The position numbers and the translations under genes are program-made. The notes under the pieces were generated by a model. The model did no database searches and had not been told where the DNA came from. It saw only the letters and a list, made by a program, of their open reading frames with translations. From Perkinsus chesapeaki ATCC PRA-425 (taxonomy: Eukaryota > Protista > Perkinsozoa): a DNA stretch of 64,000 bases. Location of the stretch: positions 24,223-88,222 of the forward strand of contig JAAPAO010000080.1 of the NCBI GenBank assembly GCA_013115145.1, in the 5' to 3' direction. Below, in pieces: positions 57,367 through 64,000 of this stretch (position 1 is its first letter; every line of letters starts with the position of its first letter).

Positions 57367-59282
57367 ATGGGAGTATTCATAGCCGTTATATTTATGCTTG
57401 GAGGATGTAGTCTTCCGAGCGTATTGTCGTTGGAGAGCCAGGACGCGGCCATCCTCCACAAGTATATTCGTTTCAAGGAAAAGTAACGAGCGAGTGACGT
57501 GAAATTTTCAGTCATCGTGAAGTGGCCTCTCGCTTATTTAAGGTATTCGATTAACTTCTTGGACCCTATAGAGGACCAGCACAGATTCAGAATATTTAGC
57601 CGGAATGTCGAATCGATGAGAGCATCGGAGGGGAGTGGTAAGGGCATTCAAGCTTAACGAATGGGAAATGGAGTCGTATGTGACACGTTACTCTTGCAAT
57701 ATTCTCAGGTTCGTTGTTTACACTAGGGATCAACAAGTACACGGCAATGACTGTCGAAGAGTTTGTGACCGGATACTATTATGACCCCTCCATCTCTGAA
57801 GTTTCTTACTCTGATAAGAGTAACCGGCAGTGCTAAGTACCCCGATAGATGAGACATACCATTCTCAGGCGCAGCTCCCTCTGCACCGCTACCGGAGTGG
57901 TGCACACCTGGAAAGGGTTACCAAAATCCTCTCAGCGACTTCAATTGGGTACTCAAGGGAGCGGTAAATACTCCCGTGCATCAAGGGCAATGTGGTTCTT
58001 GTTATGCTATAGCGATACTGGGTAGGATATCCGGTCGTCAATTTGTGGGCAGGACCGCGCATATACTCCACTTGAGTGGCAATCCTCTCATTATCCGCAC
58101 TACAGCAATGAATCGTATTTTTCGTTTGAATATTGCCGTCATTTAAACTATATGCTTTCAGGTGCTTTAGAAGGAGCTCTCCAGGGCAAGACTGGTGCAT
58201 TGGCCAGATTATCGGTACAACAAGTAGTTGACTGCTCGAGGACTGTTGGAAATCAGTGAGAGCGGAAGGGTCTATGACCTTAGGTCGAAGATTGTTTTTA
58301 TCGTGCTGGTGTTCAGGGGATGTGACGGGGGACGGGCGGCCGATACCGTCCTTTATACTTATAGCAACGGTATTGTTTCCGATGACGACTACCCGTACAA
58401 GGCTGTTGAAGGCGAATGTCAGAAGGCTACGATACAGGATAAAACAAAACAATGCCTACAGGTGTGCTTGACTTGGTTCACGGCAGGACTGCTATCTCCT
58501 ATTAGAGGATTGTGTGACGCAATTTGTGTCAGCGTGATTATCAAGAATCGAAGTGAACTGCGTCAGTAGGGTCAGATTAGCTTACAAACCTCCAAGAAAG
58601 CCTCGTGCTTGGCAATCCGCAGCCTAACAGAATAAGAATATTATTCTCGACGAACCCGGCATCGGTAGCAATCCTCATCTAGAACTGCGAGGCTCTCAGT
58701 GCGAGCGAGAAGTTGAGCCGGCAGAGCGAGAACTCACCTGACAGTTTCTGTCAGCAGACCGTTGAACAGTTTTGTCAGGCTGGAGATATAGACCTTTCGA
58801 AGACCGTCTTCATCCAACCTAATGATTTCAAAGGCCTATTTAATGAGATTCAGAATGGTCCTATTGCAGTGAAAGTATATACCAGATCACTTGAGTGGCA
58901 GTCCTATACAGGAGGGATATTGAAATGCCCGGAGAGCGGAACACCAGTAACGCCTAATCATAATGTACTCTTGGTTGGATATGGTGAAGAAAATGGAAGG
59001 AGGTAAGAAAAAAAACCTAGTGTCAACCGCACTGTTCCACTTCAGTTACTGGATTATCAGAGATAGTCGTGGAACTGAATGGGGCGAACATGGTTATGCT
59101 AGAATACTCCGAGACCCAGATTTCAAGACAGACCCAAGTCAGCAGCAGCTGCTCATATGGTCAGCGCATACTCGCCGTTAGGTTTCTGTGGTATACTGGA
59201 TCTGAGAGCCACCCGACCGGCCTTGGCAAGCACTATAAAGGCTACAGCGTGCAGAGGCAAGGGAGGCGCGCGTCTGCCATGA
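57367..59282 (+). CDS. Papain-family (C1A, cathepsin L-like) cysteine protease preproprotein
   Basis: Signal MGVFIAVIFMLGGCSLPSVLS; I29 prodomain EDQHRFRIFSRN and GINKYTAMTVEEF; mature domain FNWVLKGAVNTPVHQGQCGSCYA, LSVQQVVDCS..GCDGG, DYPYKA, GPIAV, NHNVLLVGYG, YWIIRDSRGTEWGEHGY, FCGI..RP; TGA 59280-59282. Confidence 0.92.
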
Positions 59283-59679
59283 AGATTCGGACACCCAGTT
59301 GACATCATTCATTGACCTTATCACGGCCAGTCGTCAAGTGATCGTTCAATGGAGTTTCATTTGCTAAAGTTTATTACATAACACTCTGAGTGTTACACTC
59401 ATGATTTTTATTTCATTCAATAACCTTTACATTTCATTCCAAACCTTATCAACCAGGTCTCTTATAGCTCCATTCGGAGACGCAGTCGGCTCGTAGTTGC
59501 CATGAGTATGTATTAGATATAGGTATGGTGGACAGCCTGCCGACCGGCAACATAAAGAACTAATCGATCATCTCTCGATATTCGATATCTAGTTGCGTTG
59601 TATAAGTTATACAGCATAACGTGTAATAAATCAGTACTGGTGATACCGTCCTGTGAAGATACGCTCCTCAGGAACATCT

Positions 59680-60727
59680 TGGTAGGGCTGTAGAAACAAT
59701 CCCGGTAGCTCTAACAATAAACCCTGCGGAGGATGCTCCGCACAACGTATGTCGACATTACTAACTCAGCACAAGAATTGACATCACCCTCGGCAAGGGC
59801 CAGGAGATTTGCCTGCCTGAATCTCATGTTTTGAAGAGACTCTTCAGAAGAGTGTCTCTTCCAAACTTCTTCACCAGTTATCAGCGTTGGCGGGACTGTC
59901 CTCCCAGGAGAGAACTCATGATTCTATCGTCTACGAATGCCAGCGTTCTGCCGTCGAAAGTTCCACACCTCTGTAGCCGAGATTGCATCGGACTAACTGT
60001 CTGCAGTAGAAATTCCCGTTCGGAATATTCTATACCAACCACATGAATAATTCATGATGATCTCCAGCCATTCCTTGATCTGCATTAGACAGCCTGTACT
60101 GACCGACTACAATGTAGTCTACATGTAGTCACTACATGAGCAACATCCAGTATCAGTGGGGTTACGCGGTATCAGAAATCTCGAGCTATATAATGTAGCG
60201 AGATGTCAGAGAATTTTACCAATAAATGGGAAAGTCCCGAAACAAAATAATTCCACACCAATCTTCGTGTAAAAAATGGCAATGAATCAAGCCGATATCC
60301 CTTGTAACTGTTAATAGCAGTTACAAGGCCGAATAATATTCGGCTGCTCGGGTGACAGCCGTTGTACTCGAGCTCTACTCGTGTTTCCAGCTCCGCTGTG
60401 ACGTAGGCTACGTCACGTAGCACTTGAGCATGGCGTGTAGCGTCATGCGACACGTTCTCTATGAGGCGCCGCCATGCTGCATAACTGAGGCACCTGTTAT
60501 CTAAAAAACTACAGTATTGCTATAGTAGTTGCTATACTACACACTCGCCAAAAGATGCGTGCTGTACCTGCCATGGACAGAGTCGAGTCGCGAATAGAAA
60601 TTGCAGCGGTCCTGTCTGCGTCAGCCAGACGAACTTTGCGCTGCGCAAATTGCGCACTGTGCGTTTCAGTGACTCCTGTCGCTCGCCCGAAACGGTTGCC
60701 CAGAAACGGCCACAAGATTCTTCCCAT
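59680..60727 (-). CDS. Hypothetical helical protein, possibly with an organellar targeting peptide
   Basis: Basic N-terminus MGRILWPFLGNRFGRATG (ORF 60509-60772), exon CLSYAAWRRLIENVSHDATRHAQVLRDVAYVTAELETR..LFGLVTAINSYK (60172-60453), and ..RFRQANLLALAEGDVNSCAELV near 59750-59850. Confidence 0.35.
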
Positions 60728-60833
60728 TCGGAGGAGCGCTAGACAGAACCACCGTACATCTACATTATACATTGCGATTTTTTGCTAACTTTCCTCACTC
60801 TTTTTTCAGTTCATTTCGGTTCGCTATCAGTAA

Positions 60834-61127
60834 ATGAACCTAATTTGGATTATTACCTTGACATCGCATGGCATGAGCCATGCGTTAGCCTATGGCGATG
60901 AGAACCCATTCCCTCGGTTTTCGCAAGCCTGGTGGGAATGGGAATCTCAAGTTCTTAGTCCTACCGCAATCCCTCCCGACGTCGGCTTTGTAGGTGTTAA
61001 CGAGACCGAAGTCTCACCGACCACGCTTTCAACGCCGGGAGGCTGTGGACTTCGAGGTAGCGCGAAAAGGTACAGTATCTCGGTAGCATTGCTCATTGCA
61101 TGCACATTTTTTTATTTGCTTTTATAA
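60834..61127 (+). CDS. Small (97 aa) single-exon secreted, GPI-anchor-like protein
   Basis: Hydrophobic N-terminus, Pro/Thr/Ser-rich stalk with an N-glycosylation sequon (NET), small residues GSA, short polar spacer, and C-terminal hydrophobic tail ISVALLIACTFFYLLL*. Confidence 0.55.
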   Translation: MNLIWIITLTSHGMSHALAYGDENPFPRFSQAWWEWESQVLSPTAIPPDVGFVGVNETEVSPTTLSTPGGCGLRGSAKRYSISVALLIACTFFYLLL

Positions 61128-61803
61128 TTCAGTTATGAAGATATGACGAAGAAGATAAGAAAACCAATGCAAAGCAGATATGAGAAAGCAGTGTCGTCTA
61201 TGAACTAAGCAGTTGTTGAGTTATTCACAGTGTAAATTACAGTATGATAGACAAAGAATCTTCCCTATAATATTCAAGCTACGGTGCACGGGTGGAAGAA
61301 ACACTATTTCAGCTCTAATAATCTTTCCGTTCAGAAACTGTTCTGAGAGCAGCCGGAGACTCGTGGTTTGCAAATAGTTGCAGCAGCTGTTGAGGTATCA
61401 ATTCGTCTGTTAAGGAATTTGGGGGCAAGTTATCCTCAAATTCCCGGATACCGAAGGATGCAAATTGCATATGCTAACAAAAAATTTCTCAAGTTGAGAA
61501 TCTCAGCGCTTAGTTTTAGCATGATGTTTGCCATGTTCACACGGTAATGTAATTTGGATCATATAAACCATAGACAACTTCCGGTTAAACTCACAAACGC
61601 GAAAGCTGTCAGGCCTGAACTCGAGAAAATACCGGCTATACCAGAAAAGGACAGTTTATCAGGTCCACCTACCACATTTCATCTGCTGGTTCATATCTAC
61701 CGTTTCTATAAGATAATATCTCCGTACTGAACACAAGAACCGATGGTTGAAGGAAGGCACGATCCTGTGCTTGCAATAATAAGAGACTACTGCCATCAGT
61801 TAG

Positions 61804-62648
<845 letters not shown>

Positions 62649-63063
62649 TATTTTTAAATATAATAACACTACTAACAACTCAATAGGGAATACGCGGGAC
62701 CCACGGCTCAAAGTGAGATAATAGCGCCACTCCATGACATGTGATAGCACACAATAGCGCTCGCGAGGTAACTATTATCTTGAGCGCCCGTATGAACTAA
62801 GCGAGGGGTGGGAAGAAGTATCTGGGACGTACACAGGGGAATTTGACTCTGCTCTAGCCTGGCGAGTTTGCCCCACCGGAAAGAGTTATTCATACCTATC
62901 TTTTACAGAGAGGCCAACGAGGTTCGGCCATCCCCAACAAACATTTCTGACGGGAAAGCATAGCGTACAGCAGTGCGGGCAGGATGTGTAAGAGTTAATG
63001 CGGTTGTTGGACTTAACAACGCCTTGAATAAAGGCAAGACAAAACGATTGTACGATTTACGAA

Positions 63064-64000
63064 ATGTACGTGTGGAAGATGCAAGACTTGTTAAGTGCGC
63101 AAGATTATGATGCTCCTTTATTAAAGTGTAGACTGCTGAAATGGAGAGTGGGAGGAGTTCTTCGAGGGAAGGATCGGGTGGCCGGATCAGAACACATTAT
63201 CATATGTCTGAGAGGATTGTTATGGACAGGTAAGAAACGAGCTACAGCTGTAAGATTCGCAATAATCACCGAACACCCGCGGTTTGCCCCTACGTAGTTG
63301 CACACTTGGCAAGGCTACACTGTTCTCTCCTTGCTGGGGGCTTCTTCAGTGATATAATCTGTCAATTCCTCAGGCCAGAGGATGAGTCCATTGAAGTGCT
63401 GAAGTCCATGCCAGCCCAATCCCTCCCTGACCATCATCTGTCTGACGAGATATACACAGAAGGTACGCGTATAAGCGGCCTGTACGATGAAGCAAGACAA
63501 CTAGAGGAGACAGCTGCGAAGCAAATACGGCAGCTTACTGAGAAACTCGCTCGTTTAGAGGAGGAACTGCGTCGAACAATTCAAGAGGCAACTGAGAACT
63601 CTAACCTCTACGAATCCCGCATTCGCAATCTAGAGGAGGAAATAGGTCGCCTACAATCCCTGCTACGGGCTAGCGAGAGACAGGTGGCCGACCTGGCGAA
63701 CGAGAATGCAGAGCAGAAGGGAGAGATTGCCGAGTTGAGAATGACCATAGAGAGCCTTACAGCCAAAATCTCAGCACTTAGAGGAGAGTTGGAATCTCTG
63801 GTGAGCTTGCTGAGCTTGTGTCTGGAACTTGTTCGAACTTGATCAATTGTTCGGAGGTCTGCTTACTCCTTCCTTTTACATTTTACAACTCAGTGCATGG
63901 GCCGCTCTTATATGACAACATTTCTCGGATACCGCGCCACCGTACTAGTAATAGTGTTCGATCGATTGCTTTCCGAAGTTGCGTCGGCACTCGACTCTTG
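63064..64000 (+). CDS. Coiled-coil protein, truncated at the right window edge
   Basis: Long heptad exon EARQLEETAAKQIRQLTEKLARLEEELRR..IRNLEEEIGRLQSLL..IAELRMTIESLTAKISALRGELESL (63306-63842), ending at a GTGAG donor. Start uncertain. Confidence 0.6.

Noticed and set aside
58462-58778. Apparent ~100-aa Cys-rich insertion in the protease mature domain
   Set aside because: It is more simply one long intron joining KQCLQ to AGDID, which restores normal domain length. It is kept only as a minor intron finding.
60100-60140. Nested ACTAC/GTAGT short palindromes
   Set aside because: A low-complexity intron-type sequence under 40 nt with no supporting structure.

Overview
This window is eukaryotic and intron-rich (mostly ~35-60 nt GT-AG introns), gene-dense, and not prokaryotic. 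The intron size, compactness and gene content suggest an alveolate, most likely Perkinsus-like; this is inference, not a database result. The six-frame ORFs are mostly exon fragments or antisense shadows, so I rebuilt gene models by hand; outer boundaries and splice sites are approximate unless stated. Genes I recognise: an ankyrin-repeat protein, nicotinate phosphoribosyltransferase (NAPRT), a membrane-anchored NEK-like kinase, a PhyH-fold Fe(II)/2OG enzyme, a tandem CCCH zinc-finger protein, Tim22-like, an R3H-SUZ RNA-binding protein, a divergent PUF protein, a USP7-like MATH-USP deubiquitinase, a long coiled-coil protein, a full ABCC/MRP transporter, a discoidin-TSR-FN3-multi-TM surface protein, tRNA-Ala(CGC), a papain-family protease, a GPI-like microprotein and Rab6, plus several hypothetical genes. 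I found no CRISPR array, rRNA or intact transposon, and no prokaryote-style multi-gene system. The best leads are: (1) the adhesion-receptor-like TSR/FN3/multi-TM gene; (2) the PhyH-fold enzyme with a halogenase-type HxG motif and an apparent +1 frameshift; (3) a receptor-like NEK-family kinase; (4) long co-directional gene blocks with near-zero or overlapping spacers; (5) a papain-family protease with a Cys-His-Asp triad; (6) an ABCC with plant ABCC1/2-like termini.
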